Source of the DNA: an uncultured Bacteroidota bacterium
GTDB taxonomy: Bacteria > Bacteroidota > Ignavibacteria > UBA10030 > UBA6906
Length of the DNA: 64,000 bases
NCBI GenBank assembly: GCA_963734955.1
Contig: CAVTJO010000010.1
Coordinates: 8,352-72,351 of the forward strand
Direction of reading: 5' to 3'
In this document: positions 51,729 through 63,054 of the stretch, piece by piece
Layout: each line of letters starts with the position of its first letter
Position numbering within the stretch: position 1 is the first letter of the stretch
The notes under the pieces: model-generated
What the model was told of the DNA's origin: nothing
Databases searched by the model: none
What the model saw: the letters and a program-made list of their open reading frames with translations, nothing else
Made by a program: the position numbers and the translations under genes

Positions 51729-52214
51729 TTACTTTTGCGCGGTCCACTCGTCGACGTACTCGACATTACCATCAACAAACACCCACGAGATTTTCCCATA
51801 CACCAGAGATACTTCTTCGAGATGCACGTATCGTTCCTTGTCAATGTCCTTTGTGTTCGGCATGAACGCCTTCATCGCTGCCACTTTCACATGCTCCAGT
51901 TTGTGGATGAAGTACACCTTCTCCGTCCCACTTTCATCGATCGTGTACCATTTGATGGTTACTTCGTTCAGCGTCTGCCCCTCGCAACATGCCTTATAGA
52001 GAAACGGTGAAGAATGATCAAACGCCTTGATCATGACGGCTGGACTGTGCATACGTACACCCGTTAACCTTCCCGTGTGGGGATCTGTCGGGATATGAAG
52101 GTTGTGGTGGAATTCCATTATTTCAATGCTTCCCTCCCTGTCCGCAATCTCGACGGAGCCCTTGATATCGGCACCGGTGTTGTCCTTTATCCAGGCATAC
52201 GATGGGGTTGGCAT
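51729..52214 (-). CDS. hcp: T6SS tube protein Hcp (TssD)
   Basis: AAGGAG before ATG 52214; IKGSV..REGSIE, GVRMH...KAFDHSSP.L...GQTL, HLEEVSLVYGKISW. Confidence 0.96.
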   Translation of the reverse strand: MPTPSYAWIKDNTGADIKGSVEIADREGSIEIMEFHHNLHIPTDPHTGRLTGVRMHSPAVMIKAFDHSSPFLYKACCEGQTLNEVTIKWYTIDESGTEKVYFIHKLEHVKVAAMKAFMPNTKDIDKERYVHLEEVSLVYGKISWVFVDGNVEYVDEWTAQK

Positions 52215-52293
52215 AGATGTACTCCTTTCATAACGATATGATAGAATCGTTCCCCCGGGGACGATGCCCGAGGGATGTGAGTTCATTGTTCAA

Positions 52294-53811
52294 CTATTTT
52301 GCCTTGGGCATCTTTCCCACGAGCGAGAGGCTGATATCCATTCCTTCGATCTGGAAGTGAGGCATGATCATCATCTCGACACGGTAGAACCCGGGATTCT
52401 CCTCGATGTCATAGACCTTCACCTGTGCATCCCGCAGAGGATATTTCGCGATCTGCTGTTCGGAAGGATCTTTGATGCCTATGACAAGACTCTTGATCCA
52501 TGTATTGAGTTCCTTCTCAATCTTGGCCCGGTCTTTCGTGGTCCCGATATTCTCTCTCTGCAACACCTTCAGATAGTGTGCAATGCGCGATGAGAGAAAA
52601 ATATACGGCAACCTGGCATTGATGCGGCTGTTCGCGGTCGCCTCCTTCTGGTCATACTCTGCCGGTTTTTGTGCGGAACTGGCTGAGAAGAAACAGGCAA
52701 AGTCGCGGCCCTGATAGTGACTGAATGGAATAAATCCAAGGTTCGCAGCCGTGAATTCCGTGGTCTCATCGATGGGGACTTCCGTGGGGATCTTCATTTG
52801 TTTCCCCCTGCCTGCGTCGTACAGATGGACGGGCAGGTTCTCGACGGTTCCGCCCGCCTGCGGCCCTCGAATCTGGACGCACCATCCATCGCTTGCAAAT
52901 GCGCGGACCATATTACTTGCAAATGCGAAGCTTGCGTTACCCCACAGATATTTTTCATGGTCGGGGCCCTTGACATTCTCAACGTAATTGAAACCCTTGA
53001 CCGGAACAGAATCGGGGCCGTACGGCAAGCGCACCATGAAACGCGGCATTACAAGTCCGACATACCTCGAGTCTTCCGACTCGCGGAATGCGCGCCACTT
53101 TGTATACTCCGCAGTTTCCATCCATGCTTTCAGATCCGGGATCTTCTTCCATTCCTCCATCGATTTTTTCCCGAAGAACTTCGGACCCACAGAGCCGATA
53201 AACGGGCAATGTGCTGATGAAGCCACTTTCGACACTTCTTGCAGGAGCGAGATGTCCTGGGCAGAGTTGTCGAATTCATAATTGGAGATCATCGCACCAT
53301 AGGGATCTGCACCGGGTTGATCATACGCGCCGCTATATACCTGTTTGTACAATGCGGACTGGATCAATTCGGGTGCATCTTCAAACGATTCACGGAGTGC
53401 ATCCTTTGAAACATCAATCATTTCGATGCGGACGTTCTTGCGGAAGTCCGTCTTGTCGATCAGGAACTTCAACCCGCGCCACGCGGATTCAAGCTGCTGG
53501 AATTTTTGCGCGTGCATAATTTCATCCAGCTGCTCGCTCAGCTTGGCGTCCAGCTTCGAAATCAAACCATCAAGAAGATTCTTGTCAATCCTCTCGAGGG
53601 GTGCTTCCAACTGGCCTATTGCGTCGACGAACACCCGGAGAGCCGCGGTGACTACTGCGCTTTTGTCACTCTCCGAGATGTGATCGAGAGCGACGGTTCC
53701 CGTTGGCAGAGCAACATTCACCTTTTCCAGCAGGATGCTCAGCCTGCCCTCTTTCGATTCAGTCGTTTGTGCAGCAGCTTGAGGGGTCGCTGCTTCTTTC
53801 TTTTCAGGCAT
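52294..53811 (-). CDS. tssC: T6SS sheath large subunit TssC (VipB)
   Basis: FQQLESAWRGL, AHCPFI, PRFMVRLPYG, IRGPQAGG.VENLP, RIAHYLK. Start ATG 53811 with AAGGAG. Confidence 0.97.
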   Translation of the reverse strand: MPEKKEAATPQAAAQTTESKEGRLSILLEKVNVALPTGTVALDHISESDKSAVVTAALRVFVDAIGQLEAPLERIDKNLLDGLISKLDAKLSEQLDEIMHAQKFQQLESAWRGLKFLIDKTDFRKNVRIEMIDVSKDALRESFEDAPELIQSALYKQVYSGAYDQPGADPYGAMISNYEFDNSAQDISLLQEVSKVASSAHCPFIGSVGPKFFGKKSMEEWKKIPDLKAWMETAEYTKWRAFRESEDSRYVGLVMPRFMVRLPYGPDSVPVKGFNYVENVKGPDHEKYLWGNASFAFASNMVRAFASDGWCVQIRGPQAGGTVENLPVHLYDAGRGKQMKIPTEVPIDETTEFTAANLGFIPFSHYQGRDFACFFSASSAQKPAEYDQKEATANSRINARLPYIFLSSRIAHYLKVLQRENIGTTKDRAKIEKELNTWIKSLVIGIKDPSEQQIAKYPLRDAQVKVYDIEENPGFYRVEMMIMPHFQIEGMDISLSLVGKMPKAK

Positions 53812-53860
53812 TGTCAATCTCCTTATGATGGACAGCTGTGAGGTAGATGGGTCAAGTCCG

Positions 53861-54370
53861 TTACTTCTGCTCCGGCTCACTGGCCGGCACGATTTTTTCC
53901 AGTTCGCCTTTGAGCTGGGCCAGCGCACTCTTGTCCTTCACGACGCGTTCAAGTTCCTTGCGGAATTCATTCGTGCTGATCGCGCGGTTGCGCAGATCCT
54001 GCAGCAGCGTTCGTGTCGACAGAAGTTTTGCAAGCTGGGGAACCTGCTTCGCCACTTCTTCCGGCTCAAATGATTTCAAGTCGTCGAACTTCAGATCCAC
54101 TTTTGACTCCGCCTCTCCACCTTTGAGACGGTCCGGAACTGTCAGATCCAGCTTGAGGCCCATCGACTTCATCACCTGCTGGAAATTGTCCTTGTTGATA
54201 TTGATTTTCTCGCGTTCAGCGAGCGGGACGTTAGAGCCTGATTGGGAGTAGTCGCCCAGGGCAAGCAATCGCAGGGGTAACTCCATTTTCTTTTTCGCAT
54301 CACCCTTGAGCACCTCGAGGAAGAGGTTGATTCTCGCCGGTGGCTTTTCTTTTTGAAAACTCTCTGCCAT
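53861..54370 (-). CDS. tssB: T6SS sheath small subunit TssB (VipA)
   Basis: ESFQK..P.RIN, ELPLRLLALGDYS, FEPEEVAKQVPQL. Confidence 0.97.
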   Translation of the reverse strand: MAESFQKEKPPARINLFLEVLKGDAKKKMELPLRLLALGDYSQSGSNVPLAEREKININKDNFQQVMKSMGLKLDLTVPDRLKGGEAESKVDLKFDDLKSFEPEEVAKQVPQLAKLLSTRTLLQDLRNRAISTNEFRKELERVVKDKSALAQLKGELEKIVPASEPEQK

Positions 54371-54381
54371 GATACATCTCC

Positions 54382-56328
54382 TTATGATTGTGGGTGTGAT
54401 TTAGTAGACTTTCTCGTTTCCGATTGTTTGGAAGGGTCATGCTTTGCATCGTCTTTGGCAGGCACCTTGGCGTCCGGTTTTGTTTCGGCTTGCTGGGGCG
54501 GAGCCTGCGGTTTCGTTTTCGGTTTTGCACCTGTGGTTGCCAGGGCATACCCTACATCAAGACGACAAATCCTCTCGAAGACTTTCTCTTCGAGTTGCTG
54601 CACAGCTTGTTTTGCCGGAGAGGCTGGCCCGCTCGCAAGTGTTTCGTAGCACTTATGGAGGTTTGTCCAGACATCGAGGGTGATCGCCGGCTCCCACTCA
54701 TCAATCGAGAACCTGTCAATTTCGTCACACAACTCTTCGAGCAACGTTCTCGCAATTGACGGCTGGTTCCCGCGCATACAGAGTGCTGCCATGGCGAGCT
54801 TCCGGCGAAAAGCAGATCTGCGGGAATTGTCCTTTGGCGCATTGGACTGAAGCAGCAGGATTGCACCAGGCAGGTCGCCCGCATCGAGGGTTTTCTTTGC
54901 ATCGGCAATTTCCGTATCGAGTTCGCTGTCAAGAAAGCGTGCCCCGGGTCCAGGTCCGGTTGCACCCGCCTGTCCCAAAGCAGCGTTCACCGTTTCTTCA
55001 ATCCAATCACAAGTGGCAGGGTCGGCGAAACCGGTGCCATCAGTGAATGTCAAGGATGTGAGGGCCGGAACGCGCCGCAGAAGGACTACAAGTTCCGTGA
55101 CGATGGCGGTCCGAACCACCTGGAATTCACTCCCCAGTCCATCGAGTGCTGCAACGGCCAATCGCTGCAGATCAAGCCAGAAATGGAATCCGGGATTGCC
55201 AAAGCTGAGTTCACACTCATCGAGCAACTTGCTCCAGTCGGATGCATCGCGCAGCCCGATGAGGAAATTCCGTCGCGGTAATGGCGGCGCCTCAAATTTC
55301 GTTTTCCCGCTCTCGTTTGGCGGAGTGGCACCCACACCATCCCACTTCAGACTGCGCACAAGTCGGTACGGCACGGGGTTTTTTCGATTCTGGTCACGGA
55401 AGAACTTCGCTGCCTTCTTCACCAGATCGACGGCATCCTGATTGGTACGAAGCTCCCCGATCACTGCGGGCTGTGGGCCCGCCGACCCCGCCAGCGGTTG
55501 TCCCGGGGCGGAAGAAGCAGTAGAACCCGGAGCCGCCGGGACTGATGGAGGTGAAGGTTTGGGGACTTTGCTCAAACACTTCTCTACTGCCTGGACCATG
55601 CCCAGAATGGATGGAGGACTGTCCGGGATCTTCTCCGTGAAACCCTTTTGCAGACTTGCAAGAACCTCTTTCGCGCGGCGCAGTGGCTCGGCATCGTCCA
55701 CCTTTACCTGTGTATACTCCACCACTTCGCCGAGTTTGGAAGTCAGAAATTCGACTGCATTTTTCCGGGCACCGAGCCGGGCCTTGGGTGGATACAGACC
55801 TTCCCAAAAGCCACGCACAAGAATATCAATTGCCGACAATCCTTCCGCGAGTCCGGGGAACATCTGCGTATGCCATAAGGCGAAGCAAAGATAGCTTGCA
55901 ACACGAATGTCCTTTGACTTTTCAGACAGGATTTTGAGCGAGAGGTCCTTGATGAGTCCATAGTCCGGACCACCGCTCTGTTCCACAACACTGGCCCGCT
56001 GTTCGAGCTGCTTCTCGGCCTCTGCCCGTTCTGCTTTCTTGAGAGTGTCCCGTGTGGCGTCCATCATCTGACGTAATTCGGAGGCGCGCTCCTGATCAAC
56101 GCGACCACTCACGGTTCCCATCTTGTCGATTTCGGCCTTGATCCTCAGATAGTCTTCATCGTACGAAACATCCACGCCACAGGGATCACTACCCGGAATA
56201 GGACGGCCAACGGCCTCGAGGAGAGGTGATAATTCGGCTTTTGCAGGCGAAATGTCCGGTGTCCCACTCTCTGGTGTTGAGGGACTGCCCGAATTCTCGA
56301 CTACCGGTGTTGTCTGTTCATCAGCCAT
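54382..56328 (-). CDS. tssA: T6SS TssA (ImpA_N + VasJ-like)
   Basis: PIPGSDPCG.D..Y, KSKDIRVA, FWEGLYP, FWLDLQR, LTFTDGTGFAD, WEP. Confidence 0.92.
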   Translation of the reverse strand: MADEQTTPVVENSGSPSTPESGTPDISPAKAELSPLLEAVGRPIPGSDPCGVDVSYDEDYLRIKAEIDKMGTVSGRVDQERASELRQMMDATRDTLKKAERAEAEKQLEQRASVVEQSGGPDYGLIKDLSLKILSEKSKDIRVASYLCFALWHTQMFPGLAEGLSAIDILVRGFWEGLYPPKARLGARKNAVEFLTSKLGEVVEYTQVKVDDAEPLRRAKEVLASLQKGFTEKIPDSPPSILGMVQAVEKCLSKVPKPSPPSVPAAPGSTASSAPGQPLAGSAGPQPAVIGELRTNQDAVDLVKKAAKFFRDQNRKNPVPYRLVRSLKWDGVGATPPNESGKTKFEAPPLPRRNFLIGLRDASDWSKLLDECELSFGNPGFHFWLDLQRLAVAALDGLGSEFQVVRTAIVTELVVLLRRVPALTSLTFTDGTGFADPATCDWIEETVNAALGQAGATGPGPGARFLDSELDTEIADAKKTLDAGDLPGAILLLQSNAPKDNSRRSAFRRKLAMAALCMRGNQPSIARTLLEELCDEIDRFSIDEWEPAITLDVWTNLHKCYETLASGPASPAKQAVQQLEEKVFERICRLDVGYALATTGAKPKTKPQAPPQQAETKPDAKVPAKDDAKHDPSKQSETRKSTKSHPQS

Positions 56329-56363
56329 GTACGTTGATCAGATCATGAGACGATGATGGGTTC

Positions 56364-57353
56364 CTAAAGGGTCACGTTCCCGATGTCGTGAAGAAATTGT
56401 CCCAGTGTGCGATTACCCGCGTCCAATAAAGAACGCAGGCTTGCCGAAAGAGTCTGCGAACTCGTCGCAACCCTGTCATTCCCATCCTGATCCACAACGC
56501 ATATCGTTTCACTCTCGGCGTCGGGTTTCAGGATCTGCAAGTAGCTCCTCGCAGAAGGCTGGCGAAAGAAGAGAAACATGTGACCTGCCTTCCCGGGCTG
56601 TGGCGGCGCCCAAAAAAGTATCGGCGTAAACAGTGAGGAGCCGAGCAATGCGAGACATGTATGCACCCAGAAACAGACCTCGTAGCTCGTTGTACTGGCA
56701 TCGGTGGAAAGCGGAAACCGCAAGCCAAGGTTGAGGCGAAGGAGACTGCGGCTTCTGAAGGGTTGGAGCACATCGACAAGGTTCTTAAACAAAAGATATT
56801 TGCGCGGATCGTCAAACCGATCAAAGAGCCGGGCGATGAGTTTCTCAAGGGTGACGGTATCCAGAAACTCGGCCTTGTAGGGCGACGTCGAGGCAAGATG
56901 ACCAAGGTCGGTGACATTCAGCGCCTGGGTTTGATCTGCAATTTCCCGCGCTTCAATACCATTCATGGCGCGTTCGACGAACCGTCGTCCACCCTCAAAA
57001 AAACCGGCAAGCGCTACAGGAAGAAGATACGCCTCACCATTGGAAAATCGTCGACGATCAATGAGGAGGGAGATCAAGAAGGGGTATCGCCGGAGACTCT
57101 TGTCATGACTTGCCTGCATCACACCTGCCAGGAAACGCTCTGCGTTTTCAGGAACAAAGAGGAAGTGATACTGTGGAGCAGCAGCAAATGTCACATCCCA
57201 TTTCGGTCCGAGTTGCGTGCGGGCGAAGTACAGTCCCTGATGGAGCCACTCATCGAACGCCAGCACTTCCCGGCTGGTGGCATTGTGCCGGACGAAGTCG
57301 CCGAACGAAGGCAACTTCCCAAAACAGACGGCAGGGAAAAGAACATCCGACAT
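56364..57353 (-). CDS. tagF: T6SS-associated TagF
   Basis: FGKLPSFGDFV, DEWL, S.DKSLRRYPF. Confidence 0.92.
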   Translation of the reverse strand: MSDVLFPAVCFGKLPSFGDFVRHNATSREVLAFDEWLHQGLYFARTQLGPKWDVTFAAAPQYHFLFVPENAERFLAGVMQASHDKSLRRYPFLISLLIDRRRFSNGEAYLLPVALAGFFEGGRRFVERAMNGIEAREIADQTQALNVTDLGHLASTSPYKAEFLDTVTLEKLIARLFDRFDDPRKYLLFKNLVDVLQPFRSRSLLRLNLGLRFPLSTDASTTSYEVCFWVHTCLALLGSSLFTPILFWAPPQPGKAGHMFLFFRQPSARSYLQILKPDAESETICVVDQDGNDRVATSSQTLSASLRSLLDAGNRTLGQFLHDIGNVTL

Positions 57354-57420
57354 GAACGCCTCACATCAGTGGTTGAAACAACGTTGATTGCTCATGCTGG
57401 AAATACGATGCAGAGAGCAG

Positions 57421-60400
57421 TCAGTTCAGCTTGTCGGGCAAATTCAGGCTGAACGATCGTGACAACGGGTTATTGAAGCCTTTATCTGTTCGAATTGCAC
57501 ATGTCACAGATGTGCCATCTTTGAACGTCCATTTGCAGCGATAGTCCGCTCTGCTGCTGGACGGAACTTTTGCTGCTGATCCAACAAGTTTAAAGAGGGC
57601 CCATCCTCCATCAAAGCTCTTTTCCTCGATCACCTCGTCACTGGAGGAACCGAAGAGTCCGAGGGTTTTCCCGTGTTCCTGCACAAGCCTCAGGCTCGCT
57701 CCTCCCTCACCGGGCCAGTCAAATGAAAAAGTTGCAGGTTTCTTATCCTCCAGTATCATGCACTTCATTTGTCCGCCAATCACCATGCAAATCTTGTCGA
57801 AGCTCTTCCCGCTCTCCGGACGATAGGGGAGTTCCATGCGAACGTCGACCTTCATACCGGCGTCGGCACCACGGAACAACGAGCCTCTGACCAGCCTTGC
57901 CTGAAGCAGCGCAGTTTTCGTTGCCGGAGACAACTCAACTCCTTCTCCTTCCCACTTTGTGGCATCCCACTGGTTTGTTTCATCGGCGAATGGCCTCAGG
58001 TTCTTGTCCACAAAGGTCCACAGCGTGCCATTGTCAGAGAAAATCTCCGCCACCTCGCTCAGGGGGGCGTCATGCTGGCCGCTTGCATCAAAGGGATAAT
58101 AACTGGAAAGCTGTCGATATGGTGTAATCACTTCCTGGGACCATTGATCATTCAGGTATTGCGTCACCCGCGACAAAACCGCCCTCCATGAATAGCGGAT
58201 GGGTTGCTCGAACACTCCAGACAGTGAGCGGCGCGTTTTCTCATCTTTCGACTTCAGAATTCCGAGGATTCCTTTCAGTGCCTGCGGCATCGCCCCATTG
58301 TTGTTGTACACACCCTGGGCAAGAGTCATGGCATCCTTCGGCGATTGATTATTGAGAGCATCCATCTCATCCGCGACCTGTCCCAGTTGCGCTATGACGC
58401 CGTCAAGATCGGCAGGTTTGTCGGGAGTGTTGCCCACAAAAGCGTGAAGATCTCTGAAGTCCCTATCGACCGGATTGATGCTCACAACGTTGCCAACGAT
58501 CTTTCCCACCTTTTCCTTGAGACCTGCTGACGACTTGCTCTCGAACTGCGTGTTGCGGACAATATCCCCAAACACCCTCTTGAGTGGGGAATTTCGCGTG
58601 TCAGATAATTGCCTCATACGATTTGCAGCATCAGAGAGGTTGTCGAACGGAATAATCTCGAATCCATCGAGGAAATTCCACCACTCGTTTGCATACTCAC
58701 GATAATAGACGCTTCTCAATGAGTCGCTGATTTCTGATTGATTCTGGATTGCACCTGACATCTGGGCGTTCTGGGTGCCCAGAACCCACTTTGCTTCATC
58801 GCCGAGGTTGGTGAACTCTCCATTTTCGATCAGCTGGCCGAGTTGGGCAGCACCCTCCATGGTGTAGACTCCCCTGACTGTGTTCTTGGACCTGAACAAT
58901 GGGTCTGAGAGTGAATACGGCTGGAGATTCCCGAGCTGTCGTTTGAGGTTTTCATAGATGACCCCGACGTCCAGATGACCCGCATTGAAGCGTGCGACCG
59001 AGATAGCCCGCGCATCGCCGGGAAACGGCTGAGCAAGACTATCGCCCACCACTTCGCCAAACCATTGGGAGAAATAGTCAATGTGTGGCGCCATCGTCGA
59101 GGCAGTTCGCTGATCCAGCATTTTTGACAGATGCGTAAACAGAAACTTCTTATTCTCGGGATTGTCACGCAGCCGGTCCGTTTCCTTCGTGAGAAGCAGA
59201 TAGGCCTTCAAATCATCGTACGCGTCGCTACGCGCCCCGCCCCCGGAAAGACGACCCTGCAGTGGCTGGAGGAACGAGGTTTGTATTAACGGATAGAGTT
59301 GCCGGAAGTAGACCTTTCTCATCGGTCCAAGAAGCGATTTGCTCCGATCCATGCCGAACACAAAAAACGGTGGATCCTCCAGCACTTTGATCCGGTTCAA
59401 GAGAAGATCCAATTTTTGATTGGGGGACATTGCAGAACCAGCCGGGAGTCTTCAATAACTCCACTGCAGTTCCGGTCTCCACCACGAGGGATTTGCTCCT
59501 GAAGTACGCCTGCGTTACCCCAAGAACGAACAACAACAGCCCTACGGCGGCAGCCGATATGATGCCCACTTTCAACAGTCGCTTGCTTCGTGCGGCCCGG
59601 GAGTTGAGTCGAACCAGCCGCTCATCGGGAATAATAATCTCCGTGAAGACGTCTTTGATAAAATAGCTTTTGGTTTGCATTTCCGGATTGAACTGCTGGA
59701 CAGTCTCAGCCGTCAGACCAAAGGCATTGGCAAGAGTCTGCAGTACCCTGTCAATCGGGACTCCTTCCTGAGTACCACTGGTGAAGTAGAACCCGCGGAA
59801 CAGCGGGCTTTCCTGGTACGGGTTTGGTTGAAATACCTTGCCGATAAGGTAGGAGAGATTCTCTTTAGCCGACAGAAACTCCATCGGGAAGGCAAAAATG
59901 AGCCCGCGCTGCTCACGCTTGATTCCCGGCGAAAGCTTCGCGAACCGAATTTGGATCAATGAGTCGTAAAGCGCCTGGTACTCTTTCTCAAATAGCGCCT
60001 TGGGATTTGTATCATCAAGCTGATCCTTGCTGAATGTGCAACCCCAGATGGCCTCACGCTGGGTCCGACTGAACTCCTCAAAGAATTCCACAAACCCGTT
60101 GAGCAAATCGGATTTGGTGAAAACCAAGTAGACGGGAAATCGAAGCCCGAGACGTTGTGTCAACTCATCCATCCGCTTGCGAATTGTCTTGGCGTGCCAC
60201 TCCAGCTCTTCCAGATTTGCGTTCAACAATTCCGCAATGCTGATACAAATGAGAACACCATTGATCGGTTGGCGGCGACGATTCTTCTTGAGCGTGTCAA
60301 GGAATGCAAGCCATTCTTCCTGGTCCTGATCCTCAGTCGTGTACCTCCCGGCGGTATCCAGAATAATGGCAGAATTCGAAAACCACCAATCGCAATTGCG

Positions 60401-60889
60401 CGTTCCTCCAACGCCCTGAATCTCATGATCGGTGCCGAACGGGAATTCCAATCCTGAGTTCTTGATTGCCGTGGTTTTTCCCGCAGCTGGAGGGCCGATG
60501 ATCATGTACCAGGGAAGAGCATAAAGCGCAGCAGTGCCTCTTTTGCCGTGACCCAGTTTCGACTTTTTGAGTTTCTGAATCGAGGCCGAGAGCTGCTGGC
60601 GCAAGAGCTCGACTTCCTCGCGCTTCTCGGGCCGCACTCCCATCTTCTGTTCTTCGCTCTGTTCCCAAATGGAACGTTCCAGTTGGTCCGAGCGTTTTGC
60701 CGCGGTCGATTGTTCCCAGAATAGATACAGGATAAGAAACAGCAGGACCACACATGTTGCGATCAGGCATATCGTCGCCCCAAAATCGAGGAGCCAGCCA
60801 AGTATCACCCAGATCAGAACAATGAGGGACAAAAAACCGACTGTGATGACGAACCTTCGGGACTTGAAGAGGCCGAATACTTTGCGCAT
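57421..60889 (-). CDS. tssM: T6SS membrane subunit TssM (IcmF), one +1 indel at about 59445
   Basis: LYALPWYMIIGPPAAGKTT, CDWWF, LDTAGRY, PINGV, FRGFYFTSGTQEG; C-terminal YYPF and GGWALFKL. The two ORFs fuse by removing one C. Confidence 0.92.
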
Positions 60890-60896
60890 GTGTAGT

Positions 60897-61595
60897 TTAT
60901 CCTACACTCTCAATGATGTTTTTCACGGTGTCCGCTGAACCGGTCATGAGCCATGACATTATCAGAAAGAACAGGACGCACAGCGCCGCCGCGGAAGCAC
61001 CGATTACCCAGGTCGGTATATCCCGGTACACGACGTCTGCAAGTCTGTCCTCCGGCTTCCCGTGCGGCGAAAGCAGCAGCCCTGTTCGCCCGCCATCCTT
61101 CACACGGCGGAGATCAGCCTTTGTATCGTCCACCAATCCTCGCAAGGCCGCCGTCTCCTGGTAGGCATACTTGCCCTTATACCCCAGCATCAAACACAGG
61201 CTGAACACTTCAAGCACCTGCGCGTGAACCTGAGGACGCTGACGCAATTCGTTCAGCCGACGGAAAAACTCTTCCCCGGCATCATAGCGGCCGAACAATT
61301 CCATCTGGAGCGGATTCGCCAACCACGCGTCTTTCTCGTTGAAGTTGACCCCTGTTATGGCCTCATCGATGAATGCAACAAGGGCAAACCTGGAGTTTTC
61401 AATATCCTCGCGCTCAAAGCCTGCATCTTTGGCTGCCCGGTCAAGTCGTTCGAGCACTGCTTTCGTTCGCTCTCTCAGCTGGACGGGATCGTCGATGGTC
61501 TTTGCCGAGCGAAGCTGAAGAATCAGCATGAGACATTCACTGCTGAGATCAGCCAGGGTTTGTTTTCCGCTTGATCTGGATGATGCTGGAGCCAT
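60897..61595 (-). CDS. tssL: T6SS TssL (DotU), short form with no OmpA domain
   Basis: FALVAFIDE, W..NPLQ..F...AGEEFF, CLMLGYKGKY, C-terminal TM. Confidence 0.93.
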   Translation of the reverse strand: MAPASSRSSGKQTLADLSSECLMLILQLRSAKTIDDPVQLRERTKAVLERLDRAAKDAGFEREDIENSRFALVAFIDEAITGVNFNEKDAWLANPLQMELFGRYDAGEEFFRRLNELRQRPQVHAQVLEVFSLCLMLGYKGKYAYQETAALRGLVDDTKADLRRVKDGGRTGLLLSPHGKPEDRLADVVYRDIPTWVIGASAAALCVLFFLIMSWLMTGSADTVKNIIESVG

Positions 61596-61605
61596 GAGAT
61601 TATCC

Positions 61606-62967
61606 TCAACTTTCCTTGATGGCGAAAAGCTCAAACTTCACACTCTTGAAGTCTGCCGGAACGAAGAGCGCAAGAGTATTGGTTTTCAGAACTGCGTCCC
61701 ACAGGCGTCCGGTCTTCTCCAGTCGAAAGTATTGCAGTCCCGCCCGGGCAGGAAGGCCGACAGGGGGACGTGCAGCAAACGTAATCGGAAGACCGGGAAG
61801 GGCGGCAGCAACAAGTGTGTGCACGTCATCCGGACCGCCAATCTTGACTTTGTGTGGCAACTCATCCACGATCTTGCGCTCAGGAAGTTCTCCACTCACT
61901 GCGAAGAAGAACTGGGCGCTGATAAGCAGGTTGTTGTCGGGGATGCTTCCAACCCATTGATTCTCGCTCTGCTTCTCCAGCGAGACCCGTATGAAATTGC
62001 TCGACATGACAATCTCAAGCAGTCTCGCGATGCGAGCCTCAAGTCCACCAAAACACTCAGCGGCAGTTGCGTGATCATACGGTGGGAGATCAGCCGGACG
62101 CATGTCCTGATCGGGCGAAAACGTCATGAGCTGACCTGCAAGAGTTATCAGCAGAGAATAGACTCCCTCCGGATGACAATTGCCCACACTGTGGTAATAT
62201 TTTAGCTGGGGAATGGAGCTGTTGATGGTCTGCAGCACGCCGAGGAGTGTCACATCCGACGTGGTGAATTCGATTTGCCCCGACGGTTGTTGCCGTCGAC
62301 GGTCAGAGAGAGCATTGCTTTTTGCGACCAGGAGTTCCAGCAGATTGCGCGTGGTCTTCATCAGGTTCGCGGAGGCCGAGATTGACAAACACGGTGGCAT
62401 AAACCTCTCGCTGATCGCATATGTGCCGTCAGCGGCGCGCACCACATCGGCAATCTGCAGCACGCTGAACTCCTCGCGCGGTTCATCGCCGAAGAGAAGG
62501 CGAAAGTTTGTCCGGATAACGCCGATGTCGCGTTCGTTCGTTCCGGTGTTGTCGTCCGAGATCGAAACAGTCTCGAGCGAAAATCGTGTTTCGCGATCCT
62601 GAACTGAGCTATCCAACTGGCAATTACCGCCGCGCGATCGTTCTGCGGGCAGGGCAAGATAGACGCTGACTTTCTGTTCGGAGGGAGGGAAGTGCTCTTT
62701 AATGGACTGAGCCTGCGGAAGAGGTCCATTCGCCGGCAAATCAAACACGAGGCCATCTGCCATGACGCCGCTGCAGCCTCGCAGAGTAAACAGCCCATTC
62801 GTGAGGCTCTCCCGGTCGACGTCGAGAGTTACAAATCCCCAATCATTCGGGTGAATCGACCGGAAACGCTTGTTCACGACGTACCTGTTGTATCGGTCCC
62901 ACTGCTGGAAGTGGTGCGGATCGAGAGTCATCCCCTCGTACCATACTGGTCGCTGATGGTTGGGCAC
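61606..62967 (-). CDS. tssK: T6SS baseplate TssK
   Basis: VWYEGMTLDPHHFQQWD, GVMADG, FMPP, HPE..Y, YDH, ALPGLP. Confidence 0.96.
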   Translation of the reverse strand: MPNHQRPVWYEGMTLDPHHFQQWDRYNRYVVNKRFRSIHPNDWGFVTLDVDRESLTNGLFTLRGCSGVMADGLVFDLPANGPLPQAQSIKEHFPPSEQKVSVYLALPAERSRGGNCQLDSSVQDRETRFSLETVSISDDNTGTNERDIGVIRTNFRLLFGDEPREEFSVLQIADVVRAADGTYAISERFMPPCLSISASANLMKTTRNLLELLVAKSNALSDRRRQQPSGQIEFTTSDVTLLGVLQTINSSIPQLKYYHSVGNCHPEGVYSLLITLAGQLMTFSPDQDMRPADLPPYDHATAAECFGGLEARIARLLEIVMSSNFIRVSLEKQSENQWVGSIPDNNLLISAQFFFAVSGELPERKIVDELPHKVKIGGPDDVHTLVAAALPGLPITFAARPPVGLPARAGLQYFRLEKTGRLWDAVLKTNTLALFVPADFKSVKFELFAIKES

Positions 62968-63054
62968 GGTTGCAGTCGAATATTATTGTAGTATGAACGT
63001 TCTCGGTGTGTACCGCCCCGAGCGGCTTACCAAAACCTGGAGTGAATGACAGGC

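Noticed and set aside
59430-59460. Programmed frameshift or slippage in tssM
   Set aside because: There is no long poly-A or slippery heptamer at the junction, and it matches the pattern of the other scattered +1 indels.
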